From Octopus bimaculoides (Eukaryota): DNA of 47,499 nucleotides. This document shows positions 13,718-26,410 of the stretch, one piece after another (position 1 is the first letter of the stretch; each line of letters opens with the position of its first letter). The translations under genes and the position numbers were made by a program. The notes beneath the pieces were generated by a model. It did no database searches. It saw only the letters and a program-made list of their open reading frames with translations, and was not told the origin of the DNA. The stretch covers positions 80,621,999 to 80,669,497 of the forward strand of contig NC_068985.1 in assembly GCF_001194135.2 (NCBI RefSeq). Direction: 5' to 3'.

Positions 13718-13901
13718 TATCTTTTTTCATTTACTTGTTTCAGTCATTGAACTGCAGCCATGATGGGGCACGACCTTCAAGGGTTTAATCAAACAAATCA
13801 ACCCCATTTGCTAAGCAGTAGTGGGGACAAACATAATACAAACACAAAGACACACACACTCACACACATGTGTGCACGCACACATATTTTTCTTCTTCAT
13901 C

Positions 13902-13935
<34 letters not shown>

Positions 13936-14020
13936 GACAGGCTTCATTTAGTTTCTGTCTACCGTATCTACTCACAAGGCTTTGGATGACCTTGGGCTAT
14001 AATAGAAGGTGCCACACAGT
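13718..14020 (-). mobile_element. SINE family A, degenerate
   Basis: tttacttgtttcagtcatt tail, (CA/TA)n, ctcacaaggctttgg core in reverse. Confidence 0.7.
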
Positions 14021-14059
14021 GAGATTTTCTTTTTAATTTGCAGCCCTATAAGTTTTGTT

Positions 14060-14400
14060 AGATTGACTTGAATGATGTTTGGCTTGAACATCTGCGAGGC
14101 AAGGACTATAAGCAAAATATGGGCTAGAAGGGTATTTCAGGACTTGAGGTCCAGGGAGAAAGGATTGGGCAAATAGTAGTTGATGCAAGGCCTGTAGGAG
14201 GGCACATAGTATTGGTAACAAGTGGAGAAGAAGTACATGTGTTGGCCTGATGTGGGTGATGTGGTATGGAAATAGGAGCTATTTTGAAGAGCAGGTACTG
14301 CATTAGAAAAGTCAAAGTGGAAGGATGATATGTGTCTGTAGATTAGAAGTGGAAGTATGTTGAAGGTGAATCTTCATCAGTCAGTTCCTACTTACTGTTC
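14060..14400 (+). mobile_element. Decayed AP-endonuclease fragment of a Tx1/L1-like LINE
   Basis: MFGLNICEARTISK..VFQDLRS resembles the APE start SLNVRG..; GAILKSRYCIRKVKVEG*YVSVD resembles the APE G-R-Y-V strand; frameshifts and stops. Confidence 0.4.
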
Positions 14401-14446
14401 GCATTTCATTGTGTTTTGGGTGTTTATCAAATTATTGGGATAGATA

Positions 14447-14619
14447 GGTGTAGGAATGGTTATGTGGTTAAAAAGCTTGCTTCCCAACCATGTGGTTTTG
14501 GGTTCAATTCCATAGCATGGTATCTTAGGCGAGTGTCTCTTCTACTGTAGCCTCAGGTTCACCAAAACCTTGGTTGACAGAAACTGAAAGAAACCTATTG
14601 CGTGCACACGTGTGTGCGC

Positions 14620-14671
<52 letters not shown>

Positions 14672-14875
14672 ATGCATGTGTTTGTGTGTAGCCTTGTTTT
14701 GACATCATTTTATGGTTGTAAATGAGCCTCACCATCACATGAGTGATGTTGGTTGTTTCTAGTCTTCTATGGGAAACATGTCACACCATGGGGAAATATT
14801 ACCTTGCTTGGAAACAGGTGAGGGTTGTTGACAGGAAGAGTGTCCAACCATAGAAAGTCTGCCTCAACAAATAGA
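14447..14875 (+). mobile_element. SINE with family A head and alternative tail
   Basis: Head plus (TG)n, then atattaccttgcttggaaacaggtgaggg tail, also found reversed at 42900-43025. Confidence 0.7.
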
Positions 14876-15299
14876 GACAAGAGTACTAGTAATAACAGCA
14901 ATAATGTAAATTTGGAAAAGGGATAAAGGGATTAACATTGATACTTTTGTTAACATTGCAACCAAAGAAAGATTTTAAACATGGGTTGAAATTAGTCAAA
15001 GAAAGCAGTGTGGTAGCAGTATACCATAAACTAGTTCATCTTTATTTTAAGAAATTTATCCCAGAGAATGCAAAAGAGAATGTGATATACCTCTACTTTA
15101 TGAAAAGCAGAAGGGTATTTCCCCATACCCTCAAAAGGACAGTTAAAGGAAGCCTTCGATAATGTATAACATGATATATTCTCATTTAATAGGTACAGGG
15201 TATTTGGAAGTGCATGACTAATCTTCAAAACTGAAAATGATGCTAGAAAACTAGCAGAGCTAGCACACCATACATCTCCCTATAAGCTGATGTCTTAAT

Positions 15300-15720
15300 A
15301 CGTTGGATGACACAACGCATGTGTCACGGCAAAGAAAACTGTTTGTAACATTGATTTTTGGCTTGTTGTTACTTTTACAATACAGTATGGAGAAGTGGTA
15401 AGCACTGAAGTGACACAGAACAATCTTTTTGTTGTTTGGTGGGGGGGGGGGTCTGCAAAGACATGCAGGTCCTGTGGCCTCCACTAATGATCGCAGAACA
15501 ATCCTGGTGTTGTATCCCTTTTTGGATATAGAAAAGAAGAGCAATAAAACTGGTGGTGCAGGGTATAGAGTGCAGCTGTTATACATGTGGTAGTAAAGGC
15601 CATTCAGGGGCTTTCTACCCAGGAGAGCAGGAAAATCTGTGAAAAAAAGAAAGGGAACAACAACAATATCCCAGGTCGCAGAAGCTACTGTTTTCAGAGC
15701 AACAATAGTTGTAGTTCTTA
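15300..15720 (+). mobile_element. Decayed LINE ORF1 (Tx1/L1-like) with CCHC zinc knuckle
   Basis: FWLVVTFTIQYGEVVS...WWG, then IKLVVQGIECSCYTCGSKGHSGAF(Y)P, a CX2CX4HX4C knuckle with the last Cys mutated (TGC>TAC). Confidence 0.62.
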
Positions 15721-15738
15721 GGTTAGCAAAAGAAATTA

Positions 15739-15890
15739 CCCTGTTCTCAGTTACAAAAAACTCATGACTAGGGTACCCCAATCTCCCTGAACAAAAAAAA
15801 AGTACCATCCCAGAAATCATCCTGTTCTCAGTTACAAAAGACTGATGACTTGGGCACCCCCTGTCTTCCTGAACAAAAAGTACCATCTCA
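15739..15890 (+). repeat. Two diverged ~81-bp tandem copies
   Basis: cctgttctcagttacaaaa...gaacaaaaa..agtaccatc at 15739 and 15821. Confidence 0.85.
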
Positions 15891-16499
15891 TAATTGCAAG
15901 ATGACAGGAAAGCACGAGAAAAGAAAATGGGTAGGGAACTGTTGGAAGACATCATCATCATCATTATCATCATCATCATCATAAGAAAAAAGAAACATCT
16001 AAACAAAATCTGAGCAGAATGTGTGATGAGGAGCCCTTCCTCTCTAGGAAAAGTATGAATTTGACATTATATCTAATAGCAAATGACTAACTGATAGATG
16101 ATTTAAACAAATTGTAAAATGCAATGAGGGTTAAATAAAGTGCAGATTTGTGTGAGAAGGAATCTGGTTATATGGCTCATGCAAAAGATAGGCTGCTAGT
16201 GAAAACCACATTACAGAATCATGAACTGTTATGCATTAAACTCAAGTTATGGAGGTTTTTTTCACTCAGTCTGACAGCAACTTTTCTTGGAAGTAAACAT
16301 TATAAGAACCTTGAAGTGCAAGATTGTTTGTGTAATAGACTCTGTTTATTTGTCTTGTTTAGTATTTTATTTTTATTTCTTAATATTACCAAGGAATATA
16401 AACACTGGCATAGCTTTGTTCAGGCGATGACAAGTGTAGAATATAAATATCCTCATACATTCATGCCAGCCTTACATTTGCATGCACATATGCAAACAT

Positions 16500-16650
16500 G
16501 CACACATGTGCACATACACGGTGGGCTTCCTGCAAGTTCCATTTACCAAATTTCCTCACATGGTATTGGCCAGCATAGAGCAATAGGACAAAACCCCCAA
16601 GGTACTATACAATGAGACTGAATGAAAAATCACTTGGGTGTAAGCAAATT
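16500..16650 (-). mobile_element. SINE family A head fragment
   Basis: gggcttcctgcaagttccatttaccaaatt...aaggtactatacaatgagactgaa in reverse. Confidence 0.55.
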
Positions 16651-18009
16651 TCAACCGAATTTTAATATTATATATATTAAGCAGTGGCTCTTGCTTCACT
16701 CTCAGCTTTATATAAATTTGTATATACACCACCTCAAAATTTCCTTTAAAATCTTTTGTAACAAGTTGTTGTAAGTATAGATGGTAGTAGATGACAGAAA
16801 CAGCAGAGAGCTCAGCAAACTTGTCTCGCTCATTGTTACTGTTGCTGTAGTTATTTAACACCAGGTTAGTACATATCAATGACCAATGACACTCCATTTT
16901 ATTTTGTATATCTAAGACAACGTTGTCCAGTATGTCCTTCATTTTTTGGGCCTTGTGTAGAAAAGAATATGTCCTTCGTTTCTTTTAGCTGCTAGGGTGT
17001 GATTTGTAATGGATTTTGGTACAATTACTTGTGGTTCAGATAGCTACACAGAGGTTCCTTGCTTGATTGTAAGACTTGATGTGTGAAGTGTTGCTATTTA
17101 ATTATTATGATATTACTCTAGTTTTCTCTTTTCTGGGGTCACTAAAATATGTACCTGTAATTCCACGAGAGAAGGTTCAATTATCTGTAAACCATATCAA
17201 CATATATGAAACTTGTTTTTTTTTATCAAATTTAGATATCCATATTATTATTAATACTATGTTTATATGTTAAAAATTATTGATTAGCTGATAATAATTA
17301 CCATATATATGTGCAGCAGTAGACACTTCAGCTGCATCAGCTTCTCTTGTATCTATGAATTTTATTACTATTGGCTAAATAATGCAAATAATCTCCCACT
17401 TTTCCCCAACCAGCCAATAATGAAGAGCTTATATTATACATATCAATGATAAATATAATTCTTGACATACCCTCCAACCTATGTATTGAGAAGCATGAAA
17501 AGCCACTTTAAATTTCCTTATACATTTGTTTGAATCTCTTACTTATTTAGCTGCCAAAGATTTAAAAAAAGAAATTGTGTTTACTTCTTTTAAAATGATA
17601 ATAATAATAAAGAAACAAAAATCGGATTTAAGTCAGACTTGTGGTCTTGTAGCATCTGAAATGAGACTGAAAACTGCTGAAGGTCTCCTGTCTCTGTTTC
17701 TTTTTTCTTTTATATATTTACCATATTTACTTTAAGTTGAGTGCTGGGTAAATCTTCTTAAAACTTATCTTAGAATGTGCCAACATACAGCATCTACTGT
17801 CAATATTTGAAGTGAATTTCTCTGAAAATATCGACTCACTGAAATACGAAGGAAGAATTTTGAAATTAAATCTTTCTTCCTATGTGCCTGGAATTTCTAT
17901 CATTTATTTACTTTTGTCTATGTTTAGATGGAATTCTAGAGTATATAGCCAAAGACAAATCTTATTCAAGACTTATCTATTTGCTTTTGTGTGCACGTGT
18001 GTGAATGTC

Positions 18010-18040
<31 letters not shown>

Positions 18041-18048
<8 letters not shown>

Positions 18049-18260
18049 TTGTGAGATGAGTGTGCATATATATCTGTGTGTGTGTGTGTGTGTATATTAG
18101 TGAGATGAGTGTGCATATATATCTGTGTGTGTGTGTGTATATTTGTGAGATGAGTGTGCATATATACCTGTGTGTGTGTGTGTGTATATTTGTGAGATGA
18201 GTGTGCATATATATCTGTGTGTGTGTGTGTATATTTGTGAGATGAGTGTGCATATATATC

Positions 18261-18291
<31 letters not shown>

Positions 18292-18330
18292 TTGTGAAAT
18301 GAGTGTGCATATATATCTGTGTATGTGTGT
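18041..18330. repeat. Compound minisatellite: six copies of a ~31-nt core separated by variable (GT)n
   Basis: Core ATATTTGTGAGATGAGTGTGCATATATATCT, with 1-2 mismatches per copy. Confidence 0.95.
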
Positions 18331-18744
18331 GTTGGAAATGAAAGGAAACTTTACAATGTCTATTGACTTTGGTGATGCCAAAAAAGTTTATATAGATTTT
18401 TATTATTTCATATCTTCAGAATTTGAAAGTAAACATTGTGTAATTTTAAAAGTTAAAATTCATATTGATTTATAAACTCCATGTTTCCAATTATTTTGAT
18501 ATATGTTTTATCTGCCTTAAAATTATTGAAATGTATTAGAAAAAAAAAAAAAAAATCATAAAATAAAAAGCAACTGGATATTTTGTGCAGTAAAGGTGTT
18601 CTGGTAATATCCCTTCTAAACTATTTCTGTCTACATTGAATAGTTTACTATATTTCTGAATGTATTAAATTCATAGCATTTATATTCTGATGGTGAATTT
18701 TAACTGGTTGACTAACCCCATAAAGAGTTCCTTGTTGTTTTTGT

Positions 18745-18965
18745 TGTTATTGTTTAGCCCCAAGTTAGCCTTGATGTAGCAAACTTATAATCAAAAATAT
18801 TCCAGTCCAGTCATTACTGCTTTGTCTTTCATTCAGACAATGCATCTTAGGACTACATTGTTGAATGTAGTATTCTTTTTAAAGATACTTTTGTAGGATT
18901 TGAGGGAGATTTGGTTTCTATTTCTAGCTGGTTGAGTTACCATACAAAAGTTCTCTTGTTGGTTT
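18745..18965. mobile_element. Old interspersed repeat (family D)
   Basis: Homologous to 5950-6130 and 42590-42770. Confidence 0.55.
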
Positions 18966-19304
18966 GATTGTGAGAGGTGTAATTCACTGTAACTAACTGC
19001 AGTAATATTGAATTAGTTATTTGTTTGTTTGTAGTGCTGAATTTAATTCCATAGGCAGGAGAAACTTTTTGCTATAGACCAACTCCCTGTCTAGAGGGCT
19101 ATTTATCTCTCACACGATTTAACAGTCCAGAAGCTAGGTATGAGCATTGGTTCCATTTTAGGTTGTTCATTTAAAGGGTATCTAGGGAAAGTTTGTTTGA
19201 TTGTATCCAGTTTTCTCCATGCTATACTCACAGGAGAAACTGAACACAGTAATACAAGCTAATGTAGAACTTGGGGTATGAGGGTCACCTAGAGCCTGAC
19301 TATT

Positions 19305-19472
19305 CCGCCGGGCCCCGACCCGCAAACTCGCGAATCGGGCCCCGTCACGGGTACGGTAGCGGCCGCGTGGCTCGTATCGCAGCCGACACGTCGGCCTTTC
19401 CATCGCGGTGCCGGCGGTTCGGCGGCAGCAGTCCGCCGCCGAGGCGTCCGCATTCTCTGTGGTTTTCAGTAT
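19305..19472. other. GC-rich (~76%), CpG-rich, hairpin-forming island of unknown origin
   Basis: About 36 A/T in the 148-nt core; three GC stems; flanked by tgactatt / tgactact. Confidence 0.8.
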
Positions 19473-20756
19473 TGACTACTTGTTAGTATTTATTATCATT
19501 AAAGTCATGAGAATGTTAGAAGCCTTAGGTGTTGACTCAACAGCACTATTGAAAAGATACAAACTGCTCACTGCTTGGTTCATTGCCTAGTACTCTACTC
19601 AACAAAACATAGTGGCCAGCCATGCTCTCAAAAGAAATTGTATTTTGCTATGTTGAGGCAGATTTCATGAAGTTAATGTATTATTAAATTCAATATATCT
19701 ATAAGTGTAAACATAATAATGAAGAAGAAATTTCTTGTTTGAAAACCTGGAAAGTGAGGGAAATAAATAAATAAATAAATAAATAAAGAGAGAGAGAGAG
19801 AGAGAGTGTGTGTGTGTGTGTGTGCATGTGTGCGTAATATCAGTAATTAAAAATCTTAATTTCAGTCTATTTCTGTTTGTCACCAGCTGCAATATTGAAA
19901 TATATCTTGTTTTCTTACTCAAATGTAAATAAAGATATATATGATTTTGTCTAAAAACAGGTCAGTGCTAGTATATTATTTTAAATAGATTGTCTAAAGC
20001 ATGTTTAGACATTAAAGGAGGAAACTAGGGCTTTACTTCAGCTTAGGGCTTTACTTCAGACACCAATAAATATCAAAATTACAAATTCTTTCTGAAGCCA
20101 TGCTTATTTTTTATTGTGGTCTAATAAAAGCTAATATGCAATGTTTAGATATTCCTAAATGTATCAAGTTAATTTGCCAAATATACATTTATGATATACA
20201 AATATGCTACATTTAATGTAATCTATGATACTGGACTTCTAAATACATGCTTATAGGATCCTGCTATTGGAATTAAGTTCTATCTCTGTGAAAGGCACCT
20301 AACTCTGATTTCTCTAGTTGACTTGTAAAACAGGCTACACTCTTGCTTTCTGTTAAACCATTCATTTTTTTTTTGCCCTCTCTATGTAAATGGGACCATC
20401 ATATCTGGCATTTTCATTTTGTCAAAGATACTCATATCTTTCCCCTGGCTATGTAAGCTGTGTTGCAGGCTTATTAATTTACATAATGTAATACTAGACA
20501 GATTACTGGATGGTATTGGTCAAGGTCTGTTTGATGTGGGTTGACTTGGATCAAATAACAATAGTTTCTTATGATGGCAGACAACCATAATTTTGTTATG
20601 GCAAAACCCTTGAATAGACCATATTGCATCACTGCTATTTTGTAGAACCTGAAATAATGAACAGCAAAGTTACCCCAGTATAATTGAACTCATCATCTCA
20701 CTCTGTCAGGCATCTTAATTAGCACTCCTCTATTTTGGCTACTTTTATAAATATTT

Positions 20757-20910
20757 TTGGCTGAATTGATTAGAACATTGGACAAAATATCTTGTAGCAT
20801 TTAGCTATGTCACTTTACTTTCTTAGCTTAAATTCTACTGAGATCGACTTTGCCTTTCATGCTTCCAGGGCTGATAAAATAAAGTACCACTCAAGTACAG
20901 GGGTTGACGT
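20757..20910 (+). mobile_element. Nin-type tRNA SINE (family B)
   Basis: gatcgactttgcctttcat...gataaaataaagtacc resembles the Nin-domain core. Confidence 0.7.
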
Positions 20911-21077
20911 TCTACCTAAGTTTTATGAAGAGAGTTAATTATTATCAGTTGTTAAATTATTTTATTTAAAATTTATCAGGTTTGGGGGTTTTAAATATCC
21001 AGTTAGAAGAATTTGTTAATTGATTTGACAATTCACATTTTAAACTTAGCTTATTTTTTTTAGATGATATATGTATA

Positions 21078-21966
21078 CAAGGGGATACCCAATCGAAATC
21101 AGAATTTTGCAATGCTATTTTATTCACTTAATTTTACATGTTTACAATTTTCTCATCTTTATTCTCCATTTGAAGCAATGCATCGGTCCAGATGCATTTT
21201 CCACTGCTCAAAACAGTGCTGGAACCAGTGCAAAGTGATGCCTTTTAATGCCTCCATCATTTTTTTTGTTCACCTTTTCCACATCTGCAAATTCCATAGC
21301 ACCAGCTTTCATCACCAGTGATGACTTTTGAAAAAAAAAAAGGTCTGAATCAACTTCCAACTGTTCTTTCATTTGTAACTGCTTTTAATCTTCAGTGAGC
21401 AAGTGAGACACAAATTTTGCTGCAACTCTTTTCATTCGCAATTCCTCACTGAAAATTTGTTGGCAGGAGCGCCAGGACACACCAATCACATCAACACGTT
21501 TGTCAATTGTTTAGCGACAGACCTCCAAGATCAGTTTATGAATTTTCATGCTGTTTTCATTCATTTGGGAGATCAACAGTTGCCTTGAACAAGGTTCGTC
21601 TTCAAGAGATAAGTGACCATTCCTAAAGCATGAAAACCACCTGTGAACTTGTGTTTTGCTCATAGCAGCATCTTTGTAAGCCGTTTGAAGCATGACAACT
21701 GTTTCAGCCACTATTTTCTCCAGCAGAAAACAGAATTTCCTGGAAGCATGTCGTTCCTTTGTTTCAGCTACTGCAAAAGTTGATGAACAGGGGAGAAGCA
21801 CTGCAAAACAAAGATGTACCACATGGCAATACGATCCCACTGGATGACACTGGTCAGCATACTGATGTCTGAGGGTTACATCAAGTGGCTTCTAGCAGCA
21901 GAAGCCTGAACTACAATGGGATTATCTCACAGAGAATATTTCCAGTTATTTTTGGATACCCCCTTG
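21078..21966 (-). mobile_element. Internally deleted mariner (Tc1/mariner) element
   Basis: TA followed by CAAGGGGATACCCAA on the left; TTGGATACCCCCTTG on the right (imperfect TIRs). Minus strand reads KFCFLLEKIVAETVVMLQTAYKDAAMSKTQVHRWFSCFRNGHLSLEDEP, a mariner N-terminal HTH region. No DDD catalytic domain seen. Confidence 0.88.
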
Positions 21967-22074
21967 TGTATATATGTTACATTAAGGGCTGTTACTATGA
22001 TTAAAGCCACATGCTGGAATAGGATGCTGGCTGCCTGATAAAATCTTATATAGATGTTATCCTTATATTTAATT

Positions 22075-22120
<46 letters not shown>

Positions 22121-22281
22121 TGTATTACAGTTTATATATTGCTGTTGTCAGTCTATATTTTGAAAATTAAAGTTATGATGTAGCTAATGAAAAAGGTTGA
22201 ATGGGCTGCTAGCCTTATGCCTATTATTAGAAACATGCCTCCACCTCCTTCTCTTCCTCCTCCTAAACAACAACAACAACA

Positions 22282-22466
22282 AAGCAAAATTGTTAGCATC
22301 AGACAAAATACTTGACATTTCTTCCAACTTTTTATGCTCTGAGTTCAAATCCCAGCCTTTCATTCTTTCAGTGTTGACAAAATAAAATACCAGTCAAAGC
22401 ACTGGAGTAAATGTAATTGACTGACCACCGCTCCCCTAAAATTGCTGGCCTTGTGCCTTTGAAACC
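22282..22466 (+). mobile_element. Nin-type SINE (family B)
   Basis: ctgagttcaaatccc B-box, gcctttcattctttc core, aaattgctggccttgtgcc tail. Confidence 0.7.
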
Positions 22467-22699
22467 ATCTGTATATTAATATGTTCAGGCTGAAATGTGT
22501 TATACTGTCATGTGATTAGTTGAAAGGAAAGGCGAGAGTGAGAGCGTGGGAAAGTGAAGTGTTAGTGACTTGAGGTAAGTGGAATGTAATAGTTATTATG
22601 TGGTTAAAAAATTAATTGAAGGGAGTGATATAAAGAAAGAGAGTTAGAATGCAATGTTCAGCAGAGGGGTGATGTTCTGGTAGTAAAGAAAAGCAAACA

Positions 22700-22955
22700 G
22701 AGAGTGAAAAGAGAGAGGGAGAGAGAGGGAGAGAGAGAGGGAGGGAGAGAGAGAGGGAGAAGGGGAAGAGAGTAGTGATGTTATTGCCAGCTGATGCATT
22801 AAGCTATCATGTGGTTAGTGGAAGTGAGAGGTGGAGAGAAAGAGAAAGAAAGAAATGATAATGATGTGAAGAGGGGATGACATGGTTAAAAAGTTTGTTG
22901 AAGTATGAGATAGAGATAGATAGATAGATAGATAGAGGGAGAGAGAGAGAGTGTG
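22700..22955. repeat. (GA)n/(GAGG)n/(GATA)n purine-rich microsatellites
   Basis: Direct inspection. Confidence 0.85.
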
Positions 22956-23637
22956 TTTAGCAGAGTGAAATTTTAAACATCATATATTATTATAACTGAC
23001 AAGAAAATAACACTTCACTATTCAATTTCTTCTATCTTCTATCTGTCGATCTATTTATCTATCCACATTGACAGATACATTGATAGCTGGATAGAAGAAG
23101 GAAGGAAGGCTTACATTAGATATGATTATAAACCTATAGATAGAAAGATAGATTTTTCAATGAAAGTGAAATAACTTACCAAATATAGCTGTGGAAGCTA
23201 TTATTTAAAAAAGAAAATGTTATTCAATCTTTGTATTAACAGCAAGAAAAGTAGATATAAACTGCACTGAACTGAACTGAGATAATATCTGTTGGCTACT
23301 TAGACTGAACTTTGTTACAGAAAACGATGATGATGGTGGTGGTGGTGAGTGGATAGTGAAAAATGTAGTGTTTTTTTTAATTGAACTAAATTTTATATAT
23401 CACCTAACACTTAACACATGTGCATAAGTGCAATTATTTATTGTCTACTTGCTTGAAAATTGATATTTGTTTATAAAATATGGATGACAGATGATGTAAG
23501 CTTACAAGAGAAAGAATGGGATGGTATAGATAACGATGTACAGAGAAGCAGAGGGAGCATCAGAAATGTATTCAAGATAGAATTTAAAATGAAAATGAGA
23601 GAAAACATGAAAAAAGACAAAAACAAACAAACTGTAT

Positions 23638-24075
23638 AGGTGCAGGAATGGCTGTGTGGTAAGTAGCTTGTTTACCAACCACATGGTTCCGGGTTCATTC
23701 CCACTGCGTGGTATCTTGGGCAAGTATCTTCTACTATAGCCTCGGGCCGACCAAAGCATTGTGAGTGGATTTGGTAGACGGAAACTGAAAGAAGCCCGCC
23801 GTATATATGTATATATACATATATATGTATGTGTGTGTATATGTTTGTGTGTCTGTGTTTGTCCCCCCCCCCCCAACATTGCTTGACAACCAATGCTGGT
23901 GTGTTTAGGTCCTCGTAACTTAGCAGTTTGGCAAAAGAGACCGATAGAATAAGTACTAGGCATCCAAAGAATGTCCTGGGGGTCAATTTGCTCGTCTAAA
24001 GGCGATGCTCCAGCATGGCCACAGTCAAATGACTGAAACAAGTAAAAGAGTAAAAAAAAAAAGAGTAAAAAAAGA
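23638..24075 (+). mobile_element. SINE family A, full length and well preserved
   Basis: ggtgcaggaatggctgtgtggtaag A-box region, ggttcattccc B-box, core, internal (TA/TG)n, (gagtaaaa)n tail. Confidence 0.9.
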
Positions 24076-24339
24076 GTTAATACATGGTTGAAAGTTACAA
24101 CATTGGTGACATGAGTATTCTCTGTAATAATTGTAAAACTTATATTTATAAATGAACTTCTGAACTGCTGAGAGAATGGGAAAGTCATACTCCCTTAATT
24201 ACAGCCTTATCCAGAAGAACTGATAGGTGTTTTTAAAGGAAAATAATGCAGAATATACAATTTATAAAGGAACACTAATTTTTACAGCTCTATATAAACT
24301 TACAACCATCTAAAAAGCTTTGTATTTACCATGGAATTT

Positions 24340-24550
24340 CCATGGGTATTGCTTGAAATTGGGAGTGGATAAGGGGTAGTTGATCAAATCAATCTTAGAA
24401 CTTGATGAGCATTTAATTTTATTGACTCCAGAAGGGTGGAAGACAAAGTTTGGCCTCAGTGGGATTTGAAACTCAAAATGTAAAACACCAGAACCGACAT
24501 TACCAGGAATTTTGCCTGATACTCTAATGGCGCTGCTAATCCACCCGCCT
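24340..24550 (-). mobile_element. Nin-type SINE (family B), followed by an (AAT)n-rich tract to ~24690
   Basis: ttttattgactccagaagggtggaagacaaagtt...gggatttgaactc in reverse. Confidence 0.65.
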
Positions 24551-26410
24551 CATAATTATAATAATAATGATAATAATAATAAAAATGAAAATGATAATAA
24601 CAATAATAATAATAACAATTAAAGTAAGAATAACAATAATAATAACAATTAATAATAGTAAGAATAATTAATAATAATAAAAATAAATTTATAGAATGAA
24701 AAATATATCACCAATATTTTCAAAATAATTTAATATTTAAATGTTTAATAATCAAAGGACGAGTTATTTTTCAGTATGTAAATTGTTTTAAATTAAGGTT
24801 AATCTTTTTTTCTTTCTTATTTTTGTTTCAAACAACATAAATTGATTCAAACACTATATTTCATTTTAATTTCATTTATTTTTTTTTACATTTTACTTTT
24901 TACTTTTCTAATTTTCATTCCTCATTAAGTCACTTGAATTGTGTTGTTTCAATTGGTCAACTGAGTAATTAAAAATAAAATAAAAATTGATCATTATCTA
25001 GTTTGGTAATTTCTGATACTTTGCAGTATATTTATATTAATTAACAGATTTACTGCAATAAATAACATTTCTATTGATATCCAGGTTTCAAAGTTATTTT
25101 TTAATATTTTAATCTTTTTTTTTTGTAATCTATATTAATAAAAAAAATTGAAGAATTTACTACAAATGTATTTATTGTAAATTATAGGTTTTTCCCCTTT
25201 CCTTTTTCTTTTTGTGTGTTCTATTAAACTATTTCCTGGATAGTGGAAATGTGTTTAAGTAGTGGCGCTGATGATGATGATGACAGTGATAATGATGATG
25301 TTGATTTTATATCCAGTTTTGATATTCATTAGCATAAAACACGTTCTTGATATGCAGAATTATAATTTTTATATCATCCTCATTTGTAATCTAATAGCTT
25401 GTTCAGAAAAAGTTGCAAATTTGTGGCTAGAATTAAAGTTTTTCTTTTTCTGCTGATGAATGCTTTATTATTATTATTATTATTATTATATCTTAATTTC
25501 TTTTTTCTTTTTTTTCTTTGTTTTTTTGCATCTCTCCAAAACACCATAATTTTTACAGTGTTATCATTCTTAGCTATTAGCAATGTGTCGAAAACAGAAT
25601 ATTTTTAACATGTTAAAAAATTGTGTAGTAAATTTTTATTTTAGAAGTGCTTGGCAAAAGTATCAAAGTAAAAATTATGGAGTAAAAGGAAGTGTCATTT
25701 AAATATCTCTGACTTTAGGTGTTATGTTTTATGATGCATTGCAAAGGAAGGGATCAGCCTGTAGCAGTTCGATTTTTGAGTAAAGAGATGTAAAATAAGT
25801 TAAGAGTTTCTATGACTATCTTCATTTTAAACATTTGCCAGCCAAAAATACAAAACTACTCCAAATATGGGAGTAAAACATAAATTACTCCCAATGCAAC
25901 CACTCACAGATCTAATAACACATGAAAGAATGCAAGTACAGAGGTTTCATGTGTGTATGATTGTTGGTGTCTATATAGGGATGTTGCTTAGTGACAAAAA
26001 AATTCTAAATTATTTGAGATTTATCTATTAGTTGGAGAAAGAAAACAGTCTTAGCAGCAATTGTTAGTGACTCTTAAAGAATTGAGACTATAATTTTAAG
26101 TAATTGAGAATGAATTTCACAAAATCAGTTTACATGTTTAAGAGAAAATCTGATTTTTGCTTGCAAGCAAGGTGACAACTATAAAGACATTTTCAGTCTT
26201 ATAGGATCTTGTCAACATACTATTGTCTATTCTCTTCTTAATTTATTGAAGTTATCTCATCATGTTCTTTAGGTGGTACTAACAATTTACCACTGTATTT
26301 TTTCAATTAATTCAGAATATTTTCTCTACATCATTTAGTATATTACCCCTTAACTTAACTATCTAAAATTCATGCCATTGTCTCACTTGAATTATTTTCC
26401 ACCCTCCCCA

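Noticed and set aside
15260-16006. 248-aa minus-strand ORF as a gene
   Set aside because: Antisense to the decayed LINE ORF1, starts in a (CAT)n tract, and has no recognisable motif
18041-18330. CRISPR-like array
   Set aside because: Spacers are (GT)n rather than unique sequences, the context is eukaryotic, and there are no cas genes
19290-19480. RNase P RNA, U3 or HDV-like ribozyme
   Set aside because: Short matches (GGGGCCCGGCGGA, CAGAGAA, GAAAACCAC) exist on the minus strand, but RNase P CR-I and CR-V, snoRNA boxes and the HDV nested pseudoknot could not be built
23502-24188. 228-aa minus-strand ORF as a gene
   Set aside because: Antisense read-through of a SINE
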